DNA of 64,000 nt from Victivallales bacterium (lineage in GTDB: Bacteria > Verrucomicrobiota > Lentisphaeria > Victivallales > GWF2-50-93). Made by a program: the position numbers and the translations under genes. The number at the start of each line of letters is the position of its first letter. The stretch's first letter is position 1. The notes under the pieces are model-generated. The model searched no databases, was not told the DNA's origin, and worked only from the letters and a program-made list of their open reading frames with translations. Location: assembly GCA_049297395.1 (NCBI GenBank), contig JBAQUG010000499.1, positions 15,140 to 79,139 of the forward strand, in the 5' to 3' direction. Below, piece by piece: positions 53,784-63,271 of the stretch.

Positions 53784-56684
53784 CTATTTTAAATCAATTA
53801 TTCCGAAGTCTTCGGGCTTTGACCAGCCCATTCCTCCAAAAACATCTATGTATTTTCTTGGAGTCTCCATTCCTGTGGCGCGGTCGATGTCGACATTGTT
53901 CAAGAGGACGCCAAATCCCAGGATCCCTTCGGATGGCGGAGAGGAAAGCCCCTTCTCAATCTGGCTCCATGGAATTGAGATCTCATAGAATGTCTCGTCT
54001 CCCTGATGGACGATCCCCCAGGAGATCTCGCCTTGTTTCAGTATTCCTTCCGGGAACGCATTTCCCATTTCCCTGCAGCCATTTTGAGCCCCCATCACCG
54101 AGTTGAGGCCGAAATCCAGCTTCTGCCATGTCTTCCATCCTGTTCCGTCCGGGTGGACGGCCAAACCTATCTGGATTGAGTCCTGCATCCAAAGTCCGCT
54201 GGGATGCCTGGTTTGGACATGGCTCCTGTCGTACACCTTGAAACCGAGGTAGAGGTTGTTCACGTCGTATTGCACCCCGACCCTCAGGGCCATGGCGGCG
54301 GAGAGTTCGGGATTGGCCTTGTCGGAAGCGGCGTTGAAAAGCTCCAGCAGCCAGTCGTTCAAGTTTCCGTCGATCTTTGGTGGGGCATTGACAAGTCGTC
54401 GGGCTTGAATGACGGGCTTAGGCAAGGGTGCTGGGAATGAGCATTCCGCGCCATTCGTATCCTTGAATACCAGGGATGGCTTGCCGGTTTTAGGAAGAGC
54501 CACTCCGTCCTTCCGCAGATCGAAGCTGACTTTGGTGCTCATGCCCTGGGACAGAGTAAGAGATTTTCCGGCATAGGCTTTCCCATCGACGGAGAGGCTC
54601 AGTGTCCCGGAAATATCGGCCGGTCTTCTGTTGCTGACATCGAAGGCTAGCGCGCCTGGTATCAATTCCTGCGATGGAGCAGCTGCGATTGATGGTTTCA
54701 CGTCGAGCAACCGGGTGGAAACAAGAACCCCGGTTTCAGCGTTGAAGACTCCGACCAGCTTCCTTCCTTCAGAAGCATTAACGGGAACATCCAGCTTTCC
54801 AGCCTCGCCAGCGTCAATCCATGCTCCGTCGGTGAAGAGTCGCAGCTTGATCTTTCCAGCGACGGCATCCAATCTCAGGCTCTCTCCTGGGAAGGCCTTC
54901 AATTGATCCGCTTTTCCATCAAACGGCAGAGAGACGGGATCGATTCCCCGCAGCCATATGGGAATTGCTCCAACCTCCATGTCCGCCATGCCGTCCCTGC
55001 AGGCGTGTTCTTTCGCATTGCCCATCGGATCAAGCACGCTGATGGTCCTGAGGTTTCCGGATGGCATTCTGATTCTCATCTTCTTTTCGTTTTTTGTCCA
55101 GAGGCAAAGGATACGCTCGCCCTTGCGATCAAAGGCATAACCCAGGACACCGGGGTCGAGATACTCTATGGCCCCGAGCGACTTTGTGCCCTCAAGCAGC
55201 CTTGTTGCCATGGCTGCGGCCATGAATATCGGTTTCGGTGCCACATGGGTGGCTCCAAAGGTGGGATTGGGCAGCGTCAGATTGTAGAGAAGCCCGCATC
55301 CGGAATTGCTGGAGTGGTCGGCCGTATAGAAATAAAAAGTGCAGTCCGCTCCCTCTCCAAGTGTTATCAGATGGCCGCGCATGAAATCTGCGGCTTCAGT
55401 CCGAAGGGCGTCTGGATCAACGCTTGGAGGCTTGCGCCAGTCGACACCCCATTCGGTGTTGATTATCCTCGCTCCAGATGGAAGATAGGTTCTCGTCATG
55501 GATACAAGCTCCCGCATGTCATCGACAAGAGATTGGCGCGAGGCGTCATCGTTGGCCAGGGCCACCACGTAGATATGGGTGAGAATGCCGTCAAGGTATT
55601 TGCCAAGTCCTTTGGCGAACAGGCGTTTCAGAAGTGCATTGCCCGTCCTCAGCACGCCATAGTTTGGGCCGAGGAGAAGCCCTTTGGGATCGTTCTCCCT
55701 GATGGCCTCTCTGGCGACTTTGTACATCATGATGAAATCCTCGTCGGATCCCTTCCAGTGCCAGTCCGGTTCCCAGTGCAGCTGGTAGTAGTTGTTCGCC
55801 TGGTCCGGGAAAAGCGCATCGCGCCTGGCAACCTGTTCGGTGACAAGCCTGGCAACCAGTTTCTTGTAAATCCCGAAATCTTTAGGGGCGAACTGCTGGC
55901 CCGTCCTGGTGTTGTCGAACGCCGGGGGTACCGAGCCTTCCGGAACTTTCCAGAGCCAGGGCGGGATGCCGTGCAGGTCGACAAGCAGGCTTAGTCCAGC
56001 TTTTGATTCACAGGTCTGATAAAAGTTTTTCGGGTTGAGTTCCGGCTTGTATGAATCCTCTCCTTTGAGGAAAAGCTCGCCGATATGCCTGTTTATGTAG
56101 ATCCATTTCGCGCCAAGAAGCGGATATACAGGATCGACATAGCCGCCCTTCATCAGTTCACCGCTTGCTATGAAATTGGTGCCTTGTGCGCCAAAGCGTG
56201 AGTCGTCAGGGTGCGCCAGGGGGAGGCGTTCAATTGCCGGAAGCACGCCGTAGGCCACAAGCCCTGCCGGCCTGCTGCCATACTGGAGAATGCTGTCGCC
56301 GGAACCCCTCAACCCTATTTTGACCTCGAAATAGCCAGCTCCCGCATCTTTCAACTTTAGAATCGAGGACCATCGTGATATTCCATGAGGAACCTCCAGT
56401 TCCCCCTTGTCGATGACGTTTCCGTTATAGTCGTTGACGCTCCACTGGAGACTGTCTGGCTGTGTCCTCCTCCCATCGACGGCGACCCAGAGAGAGACCT
56501 GTTCTCCCATCTCGTAGACTGGACAACGTGTATTTGACATGAACTCGGCGAGAACCTGTATTTTCGGCGTGGGGGACGGCGCCGTTATCGGCTCACCAGT
56601 ACTTTGGGATTGAGTCTCAGCCCCGGTAACGAGCAATGAGGCCATGCATATGATGGCCGCCAATATGACAGTTATTTTCGACAT
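53784..56684 (-). CDS. Secreted clan-GH-A-like glycosidase with C-terminal CBM9-like domain (paralogue B)
   Basis: 966 aa. Signal peptide MSKITVILAAIICMASLLVTGA. YQLHWEPDWHW, LTHIY, IINTEWG. C-terminal PPKIDGNLNDW...QYDVNNLYLGFKVYD. Collinear with the 36805-39747 protein. Confidence 0.7.
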   Translation of the reverse strand: MSKITVILAAIICMASLLVTGAETQSQSTGEPITAPSPTPKIQVLAEFMSNTRCPVYEMGEQVSLWVAVDGRRTQPDSLQWSVNDYNGNVIDKGELEVPHGISRWSSILKLKDAGAGYFEVKIGLRGSGDSILQYGSRPAGLVAYGVLPAIERLPLAHPDDSRFGAQGTNFIASGELMKGGYVDPVYPLLGAKWIYINRHIGELFLKGEDSYKPELNPKNFYQTCESKAGLSLLVDLHGIPPWLWKVPEGSVPPAFDNTRTGQQFAPKDFGIYKKLVARLVTEQVARRDALFPDQANNYYQLHWEPDWHWKGSDEDFIMMYKVAREAIRENDPKGLLLGPNYGVLRTGNALLKRLFAKGLGKYLDGILTHIYVVALANDDASRQSLVDDMRELVSMTRTYLPSGARIINTEWGVDWRKPPSVDPDALRTEAADFMRGHLITLGEGADCTFYFYTADHSSNSGCGLLYNLTLPNPTFGATHVAPKPIFMAAAMATRLLEGTKSLGAIEYLDPGVLGYAFDRKGERILCLWTKNEKKMRIRMPSGNLRTISVLDPMGNAKEHACRDGMADMEVGAIPIWLRGIDPVSLPFDGKADQLKAFPGESLRLDAVAGKIKLRLFTDGAWIDAGEAGKLDVPVNASEGRKLVGVFNAETGVLVSTRLLDVKPSIAAAPSQELIPGALAFDVSNRRPADISGTLSLSVDGKAYAGKSLTLSQGMSTKVSFDLRKDGVALPKTGKPSLVFKDTNGAECSFPAPLPKPVIQARRLVNAPPKIDGNLNDWLLELFNAASDKANPELSAAMALRVGVQYDVNNLYLGFKVYDRSHVQTRHPSGLWMQDSIQIGLAVHPDGTGWKTWQKLDFGLNSVMGAQNGCREMGNAFPEGILKQGEISWGIVHQGDETFYEISIPWSQIEKGLSSPPSEGILGFGVLLNNVDIDRATGMETPRKYIDVFGGMGWSKPEDFGIIDLK

Positions 56685-56803
56685 GTTGGATAGTCTCCGT
56701 AATAATTTAAAAATTGACTTATTGAAATTATTTTTCTTGATTTCTCAATACTTCCAAAACTTTGAATAACCTTGAATGCGGGGAAATGAAAACCTTTTAA
56801 GGA

Positions 56804-59800
56804 TTATGGCCTCAGAAGAGCGGTGATAGCTGAGTCAGTCATCCCTATGATGTATCGAGGACATTGGCCTGCTGTAATTGTCAGATCCCCGCCGCTCGTG
56901 GCTTGTGTGGTTGGATTTCCCATGAAATCACAGAGGGTGACTGATGCCGCCCCCGTCGCTATGGTGACGCTCCGGTCGACATTATCCTTGCACCAGATGG
57001 CGACGACGTTTTCATCGGCCCGTTTGAAGGCATATCCGTAAATGGCGCTCGACATCGGGAAGATCAGCCGTCCGGTGGTTGTCGTTCCATCGATAAGGCG
57101 AGTGAGCGCGCAGCCAGCCATGAAGGCAGGCTTCGGAGATACGTTAGTCACTCCGTAGCCTGAGCCCATGGTAAGATTGAACAACAAGCCAGCTCCGGCG
57201 TTGATACCGGTGCCTGCCGGATTTCCCCCATCTGTATTATAGAAGAACCAACTGGTACGGCATCCTTCGCCCAGGAAAATCAGATGTCCTCGGACGGTAT
57301 ACGCCGCATGTTTCAATATCATGTCGGAAGTCACGCTCATATAGGGAGCGCGATAATCCATGCCCCACTCCGTTTGGTGCATCTCGGCTCCCGTCTTCAA
57401 ATACGTCGCCATCAAACTCTTGATGGCGGCGAGGCTGGCCTCCAGATTCCCATACTCAGGAACATATTGGTTTGGATCGTCATCAGGATTGCCATTTTTA
57501 CGGTAATAGCCATGAAAGCTTACGCCGTCTGGAATGCCGTCGAGACCCAGCCCCGTATTCTGCAATGCGGGCAGCAACTCTGTGAGTTCAAGAACCGCGT
57601 TTTCAGGCATGGCATAGGTCGGCATGAGAACCTTTGCGTTGGGATCCGCCTCGTGAATCCCCAATGAGACCCGCCCGTACTGCATGGCGGCTTCTTCAAC
57701 CGTTCCCTTCCAGTGCCATTCTGGCTCCCAGTCAAGCTTATAGTAGACAGGGAGATCCACACCGAACCGGGCGTTCTGCCTGTAGGCCATTTCTGCGGAA
57801 AGGACTTCCGCGTAGTTTTGATATTGGACGGGGTCGCGAAGAGCGAATGCTTGATCCTCGAAACCTGGGTAACCGTAAGTTTTTGGATCAAACCCCACGG
57901 GGACATCGTAAGACCATGTCGGCCTTTTATAGAGATCGAACATAGGATACAACCCATTGCGGACGATGTAATCCGTGGCTCCTCGATTGGCGGCCATAGT
58001 GGCGGCAGTCGCCTCTCCTGGGATATTCGGCTCACGATTCGCCCACTGATATGAGGAATTATAGGCCCAATGCGTGCCAAGTGTGGTATAAACCGGGTTT
58101 ACCCAGTCGGCGGGCGCGGAGGGGAGCAGGAAATTGCTGCCGGTAAGGCCAAATCGGGAATCGCTCGGATGCGCCAGTGTGAGCGCTGAGAACGTTGGCA
58201 GTATGCCGAACGATGCCATGCCGAGAGGCCGAGTTCCAAGAGCCGGCAATATCGCCACGCCGTTGGCAATTTCGGCTTGCACCTCCATATATCCAGAGGG
58301 AAGCCCGCTCATCTCGACGGGATGTGTCGTGGAGAGCTCCAAACCTTGGGCCGTTATTGTGCCTGACCGCAAAACGTTCCTGGCGTAATCTACGACCATC
58401 CAGTTAATCACGCTAGGCGCCGCGGTGGTGCGCGTCACGTTGAACAACATGTTTACCTTACTGTTAGCCGCAAATACTGGGAACGTTGGAGAACTGGGAA
58501 AATCGACGCTCAGTGATTCCGTGGGAAGCGTGTTTACGGCGACATCATCGAGGTAATAGGCGCCAATAGCGCCACTGCCGGGGCCGAAATAGATCGAGTC
58601 GAAGTTGACTAGACAATTGCCGCTGACAAAGCCAACGCCGCCCAGTGAGCCCGACGTTCCATTAGATGCCGTCCAGTTGATGTCATACGTCTCTAAATCA
58701 AGAGAGATGTTTTTGAAAGTCATCGTGTAAGTGACACCGGCCATAGGTCTTTTTGCCGTGGAAAACCCCGGCAGATATGACCAATTACCTTGGGCATCCC
58801 GGTATGACATGCTGTTTAGCGAAAAATCAATCGCCTTGTATAAGTCATGGCCTGGATTCGCGCTGCTGCTGCATAGCTTGAATCTGTAACTATTTGCCGC
58901 CCCCAGCGAAGTGAAGTTGAATTTGAAGGAGACTTCGAGATTCTTCGTTGTGGGCGAAAATGTTTGATAGAGGGTTTGAGTCCCTGCGGCTGTTGTGTCG
59001 TTTATGTAGAGTTGGTTTGATCCATTGCGGCTTTGGACGGTCGCCGATCCACCCGTTGTCTTCACCACCCAGGGAGATACAGGCGCATTGCCGATCATGT
59101 AAGCCGACCAATCCTCAGAGACGAGAGATGCCTCCTTGACCACGACATCATCAAGGTAATACGCGGCAATAGCGCCACTGCCTGTGCCGAAATAGACCGA
59201 GGCGAAGTCGAGTAGATAATTGCCGCTGGCAAAGCCAACGCCGCTCAGTGAGCCCGACGTCCCATCGTCTGCCATCCAGTTGATGTCATAGGTCTCTGAA
59301 TCAAGCGAGATGTTCCTGAACACCATCGTGTAAGTGGCACCGACCGTAGGTCTTTTTGCCATGGAAAACCCCGGCAGATATGACCACTCACCTTCGGCAT
59401 CCACGTATGACATGCTGTTTAGCGAAAAATCAATTGCGCTATATAAGTAATTGCCTGGATTCGCACCGCTGCTGCATACCTTGAATCTGTAGCCAGTCGA
59501 CGCACCCAACGAAGCGAAGTTGAACTTGAAGGAGACTTCGAGATTTTTCGTTGTGGGAGCAAATGCTTGATAGAAGGATTGAGTCCCATCGCATGTTGGA
59601 TCGTCTATGTAGAGTCGGTTTGATCCATTGCAGCTTTGGACGGCCACCGATCCCTCCGATGTGTTCACTACCCAGGGCGCCTCAAGCGTGTCTCCGATCG
59701 CGTAAGCCGACCAATCTTCAGAGACGATTGGTGCCTTGACCACGACATCATCGAGGTAGTAGGAGCCAATAGCGCCCTTGCCGGAGCCGAAATAGACCGA

Positions 59801-60475
59801 GGCGAAGTCGGGTAGACAGTTGCCGCTGGCAAAGCCAACGCCGCTCAGTGAGCCCGACGTCCCATCAGACGCCATCCATTTGATGTCATACGTCTCTGAG
59901 GCAAGCGAGATGTTTTTGAACGTCATCGTGTACGTGACACCGGGCGTAGGCCTTTTTTCCATGGAAAACCCCGGCAGATATGACCAACCTCCGGCAGCAT
60001 CATTGTATGACATGCTGTTTAGCGAAAAATCAATCGCGCTATTGAAGTAAGCGCCTGGACTCGCGCTGCTGCCGCATACCTTGAATCTGTAGCCAGTCGC
60101 CGCGCCCAGCGAAGCGAAGTTGAACTTGAAGGAGACTTCGAGCTTCGACGTTGTGGGCGCGAATTCTTGATAGAAGGATTGAGTCCCAGCGTCTGTTGGA
60201 TCGTCTATGTAGAGTCGGTTTGATCCATCGTTGCTTTGGACGGTCGCCGATCCACCCGTTGTCTCCACCACCCAGGGAGACACCGGAACGCTCCCTGGCG
60301 CGTAAGCAGACCAATCTTCAAAAACGATTTCGTCCGCCCCCCTAAGCAGGGGATTTATTAAACAGAGCAAGCCGAGAATGCAAAAAAGCCGGCCAAACTT
60401 TTTGGGGACCATATTCATGGCATTGTAATACTTTAGGATTAAAAGCTGGCTCAACAGATAACTTTTCATTTTCAT
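56804..60475 (-). CDS. Secreted protein: three 200-aa tandem lectin-like repeats + clan-GH-A-like glycosidase domain (paralogue C)
   Basis: The track start is TTG 60496. The ATGs at 60475/60469 follow AAGGGG, and those at 60418/60412 are alternatives. Catalytic-domain blocks: YKLDWEPEWHW, SFHGYY, MHQTEWG. Confidence 0.7.
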   Translation of the reverse strand: MKMKSYLLSQLLILKYYNAMNMVPKKFGRLFCILGLLCLINPLLRGADEIVFEDWSAYAPGSVPVSPWVVETTGGSATVQSNDGSNRLYIDDPTDAGTQSFYQEFAPTTSKLEVSFKFNFASLGAATGYRFKVCGSSASPGAYFNSAIDFSLNSMSYNDAAGGWSYLPGFSMEKRPTPGVTYTMTFKNISLASETYDIKWMASDGTSGSLSGVGFASGNCLPDFASVYFGSGKGAIGSYYLDDVVVKAPIVSEDWSAYAIGDTLEAPWVVNTSEGSVAVQSCNGSNRLYIDDPTCDGTQSFYQAFAPTTKNLEVSFKFNFASLGASTGYRFKVCSSGANPGNYLYSAIDFSLNSMSYVDAEGEWSYLPGFSMAKRPTVGATYTMVFRNISLDSETYDINWMADDGTSGSLSGVGFASGNYLLDFASVYFGTGSGAIAAYYLDDVVVKEASLVSEDWSAYMIGNAPVSPWVVKTTGGSATVQSRNGSNQLYINDTTAAGTQTLYQTFSPTTKNLEVSFKFNFTSLGAANSYRFKLCSSSANPGHDLYKAIDFSLNSMSYRDAQGNWSYLPGFSTAKRPMAGVTYTMTFKNISLDLETYDINWTASNGTSGSLGGVGFVSGNCLVNFDSIYFGPGSGAIGAYYLDDVAVNTLPTESLSVDFPSSPTFPVFAANSKVNMLFNVTRTTAAPSVINWMVVDYARNVLRSGTITAQGLELSTTHPVEMSGLPSGYMEVQAEIANGVAILPALGTRPLGMASFGILPTFSALTLAHPSDSRFGLTGSNFLLPSAPADWVNPVYTTLGTHWAYNSSYQWANREPNIPGEATAATMAANRGATDYIVRNGLYPMFDLYKRPTWSYDVPVGFDPKTYGYPGFEDQAFALRDPVQYQNYAEVLSAEMAYRQNARFGVDLPVYYKLDWEPEWHWKGTVEEAAMQYGRVSLGIHEADPNAKVLMPTYAMPENAVLELTELLPALQNTGLGLDGIPDGVSFHGYYRKNGNPDDDPNQYVPEYGNLEASLAAIKSLMATYLKTGAEMHQTEWGMDYRAPYMSVTSDMILKHAAYTVRGHLIFLGEGCRTSWFFYNTDGGNPAGTGINAGAGLLFNLTMGSGYGVTNVSPKPAFMAGCALTRLIDGTTTTGRLIFPMSSAIYGYAFKRADENVVAIWCKDNVDRSVTIATGAASVTLCDFMGNPTTQATSGGDLTITAGQCPRYIIGMTDSAITALLRP
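58532..60328 (-). repeat. Three intragenic tandem repeats (600-603 nt each)
   Basis: GACATGCTGTTTAGCGAAAAATCAAT recurs at 58806, 59409 and 60009. The protein units are aa 57-256, 257-457 and 458-655, each beginning ..EDWSAY and ending YYLDDV.V. Confidence 0.85.
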
Positions 60476-60555
60476 CGCCCCTTTTTTAAGATTCAATAAA
60501 ACGAGTTTGAATTAGAAATAATCACTTTAAAAAACAATAGGTTTCATGGACTCCT

Positions 60556-62043
60556 TTATTCCTTCAACGTAGGCTGATAGACTACAATAGCCTTCAAGCC
60601 GACTGGCCCATCTCCATTGGGAATGATCTCGAGCGTGTGAGAAGAGTTTGCGAGTCCCTGGGCAATGGTAGCCCTGTCTTCTTTAGAAGAATCGATTGAC
60701 AAGTTCGGACGCCAGACATCAACACATTTGGCAACTACGCTCCACTTGACTTCGAAGCCGGGTTTTGGCGCCTCCTTGAAATTTATAAAGGCAGATGTGA
60801 CAGTGAACAATTGCGGATCAATGAGCATTCTCCCGGATTTCGAAGTGAATTTCGCCTTGTTGTTTCCGCTGCCGTCCGGACCGGTGACAGAGCCCTTGAG
60901 GTCGTATTCGAATTCCGTCACGTTGTCATTTATCTTGGTGAAGGAGAGTGTCCAGTCTTCGGCGACAGGAGCCGCTCCGCTCCCAATCTCCACGCGTTTT
61001 AATGCCGGCCACCAGCATTTTGGAGCCTGGCTCGGACGGGTGGCTGCGTATACACCGGGAATCGCAGAAGGGATTTTCCCGTCTATGAGGATTTTCGCTG
61101 TTCCGGGTTTCTCTTCCTTGACTGGCATCGCTAAAAGGTCGATACGGTTGCCTTCGAATTGAAATTTCAAAGGTTTGGACAATATCTCCCCCTGGGACGG
61201 GAGCTCGCCCTTGTCGGATTTCCAGCGTTCGCCGTCCGCCCCATATACCTTTACCGTTTCACGCCAATAGGGCTTCTGTTCAGGATTGAATTTAAAATGT
61301 TGGCAGACAAGGCGTGCCATGAGTTCGTGCCCCTTGGCGTTCAGATGAATACCATCGGAGAGAAATTCCATTTGACGTCCTCCGTTGGACTCAACCTCCT
61401 TTTTCCAATCCGGACGTATGTCGGCAACTTCATACGCATATTTGTCGGCTAATTTTCGAATCACCTTGGATTCACTGTCATGGACACTCATGTTTTTCTC
61501 TCTGTCTGAATCATCCTTTCCTGCCACATGATGGGTGAGCACCAGCATTTCAGCGGTGGTTCGGATTTGCAGATTCCGGTAGAGCCTCTCCAGCGTACAC
61601 ATCTTCCCTGACGCACCTTCAGTGCCTCCATATGCATGGAATATGACAAGATCAGGGTAAAATGGATAGAGATCCGATTCCGCAGTATCAATAAGACCAT
61701 AGGCATTAAACCCACCAATTGCCCGGTTTTCCAATTCCAAGTCGGCATTCGGAAAGTCTGTCTTGAGTTTTTTGACAATTGCTTCGCACCAGGGGCCGCC
61801 GCTGATAGACTGTCCGTAAATGAGGATGCGCACCTTGTTATGCCGCTCTGGTGTCGAGGTTCCCAGCAGGTTCATTGTCCGCTGTATGCGACTACCATAA
61901 GACATGCCGGACGGCGTTGGCTGTATGTCACCGGCAGACGGCTCCGCCGCTTCTGCCAACAGACAGAATCCGGTGGCAATTAATGTCATCAATACTCCCA
62001 GTTTGATTCCATTTCTCATATCGTATCCCTTCGTTATACTCAT
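60556..62043 (-). CDS. Secreted SGNH/GDSL hydrolase with C-terminal beta-sandwich-like domain
   Basis: 495 aa. RILIYGQSISGG (block I), AIGGFNAYG (block II), DGIHLNAKGHELM (block V). The ATG at 62019 (MRNGIKLGVLMTLIATGFCLLAEA) follows GAAGGGA and may be the true start. Confidence 0.75.
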   Translation of the reverse strand: MSITKGYDMRNGIKLGVLMTLIATGFCLLAEAAEPSAGDIQPTPSGMSYGSRIQRTMNLLGTSTPERHNKVRILIYGQSISGGPWCEAIVKKLKTDFPNADLELENRAIGGFNAYGLIDTAESDLYPFYPDLVIFHAYGGTEGASGKMCTLERLYRNLQIRTTAEMLVLTHHVAGKDDSDREKNMSVHDSESKVIRKLADKYAYEVADIRPDWKKEVESNGGRQMEFLSDGIHLNAKGHELMARLVCQHFKFNPEQKPYWRETVKVYGADGERWKSDKGELPSQGEILSKPLKFQFEGNRIDLLAMPVKEEKPGTAKILIDGKIPSAIPGVYAATRPSQAPKCWWPALKRVEIGSGAAPVAEDWTLSFTKINDNVTEFEYDLKGSVTGPDGSGNNKAKFTSKSGRMLIDPQLFTVTSAFINFKEAPKPGFEVKWSVVAKCVDVWRPNLSIDSSKEDRATIAQGLANSSHTLEIIPNGDGPVGLKAIVVYQPTLKE

Positions 62044-62109
62044 TTACCTATCAAAATGTACAAATCTATTAAGAGTGAAAATATTACCACATGTCTTGGA
62101 GATGCGCAT

Positions 62110-63147
62110 TCATGCTTTCCTCCTCCCATATGGGGAAGTAGTTGAACCGCGTATTATCAGTTCAGGCTTCACAAGGATTGTTTTTTTATTATTATACTTC
62201 TTGATTTTACCATTCAATTGCTCGAATAGGAGTTCGACGGCGTTCCGCCCTGTCAGATCCGGATCCTGATTGAAAGTGCTGAGGGGCGGAATGGAATTCC
62301 TTCCCAGCTCAAGATCGCCAAAACCGAGAACCGACAGATCCTGCGGAATACGTAATCCAAGTTTCATGGCGACCTTGTATACCTCGCAGGCGACATTGTC
62401 ATTGCCGGCGAAAACTGCCGTGGGCCGCGATTTTGAAAGAAGCATCTCCTTCAAGGCCTGTGGATCTGGAATGAATGATTCCAGTCTGCAGAGGATTTCC
62501 TTTATGCCTCCATGCTTTGACAGGGTTTCAGAAAAGCCGGACTTCCTAAGTGCTCCGGTTGTGATGCTCGCGTTACCGGGAGCGTGGGCTATCACCTTAT
62601 GTCCAAGTCTTATAAGGTATTCAGCGGCCATGCGACCGCCGGCATAATCGTCAACCCCTGAAAAAGGAATAGGAAGGCTCTTCAGATCCACGTCGGCCAT
62701 CACGATGGGCAGACCGCGTTCAGCGAGGTTTTTGAAATAGTCCATAGTGGCAGAATAATTTACAGGGCGCATGATGACACCATCCACCCGTCGTTCGAGA
62801 AAAGCCTTGAACACATCCTGTTCACCAATTCCACCTTTTCTGGGAAAGAGAAGGATGGAGGCGTAACCTTTTTCCCATAAGGAGTTAATGATGCCATTTA
62901 TAAGCCTTGCGTGGAAATTGTCGCTGAGTTCAATTGAAACACCTACTGTATGTGTTCCTTCCCCGCGTATTCCTTCGATGAGGAGATTAGGCCGGTATCC
63001 AAGCCTGCCTGCGGATTCGAGAACCTTGTCCTTGGTCTGTTCAGATATACGAGGATCATTTTTAAGGACTCTGGAGACAGTGGAGATGGCCACGCCGGTT
63101 TCTCGGGCGATTTCAGACATTGAAGGTATATATCTTCCTTTTACCAT
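62110..63147 (-). CDS. LacI-family transcriptional regulator
   Basis: The track ORF extends to 63384, but the HTH starts right after the Met at 63147 (MVKGRYIPSMSEIARETGVAISTVSRVLKND), which is preceded by GGAGGGAATC. Confidence 0.85.
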   Translation of the reverse strand: MVKGRYIPSMSEIARETGVAISTVSRVLKNDPRISEQTKDKVLESAGRLGYRPNLLIEGIRGEGTHTVGVSIELSDNFHARLINGIINSLWEKGYASILLFPRKGGIGEQDVFKAFLERRVDGVIMRPVNYSATMDYFKNLAERGLPIVMADVDLKSLPIPFSGVDDYAGGRMAAEYLIRLGHKVIAHAPGNASITTGALRKSGFSETLSKHGGIKEILCRLESFIPDPQALKEMLLSKSRPTAVFAGNDNVACEVYKVAMKLGLRIPQDLSVLGFGDLELGRNSIPPLSTFNQDPDLTGRNAVELLFEQLNGKIKKYNNKKTILVKPELIIRGSTTSPYGRRKA

Positions 63148-63164
63148 GATTCCCTCCAGGAGTG

Positions 63165-63178
63165 TGCAAATATTTGCA
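63165..63178. promoter_or_regulatory. Perfect 14-bp palindrome, candidate LacI-family operator
   Basis: TGCAAAT-ATTTGCA, 18 nt upstream of the LacI-family start at 63147. Confidence 0.45.
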
Positions 63179-63271
63179 TAAAGGGGAAAATACAATCGGT
63201 TGGACGGCATGTCAAGGACGGCTTGAAAATTTTTCCAAGAATTAGTTTCGACAAGACAAAAATCATCTTCT

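Noticed and set aside
54903-55994. 363-aa plus-strand ORF
   Set aside because: It is antisense to GH-A-like paralogue B. The minus-strand frame aligns block by block with two paralogues, and this one aligns with nothing.
58532-60328. Regularly spaced ~600-nt repeats, considered as a CRISPR-like or satellite array
   Set aside because: The units are far too long, are contiguous without spacers, and are translated in one long open frame as protein domain repeats.
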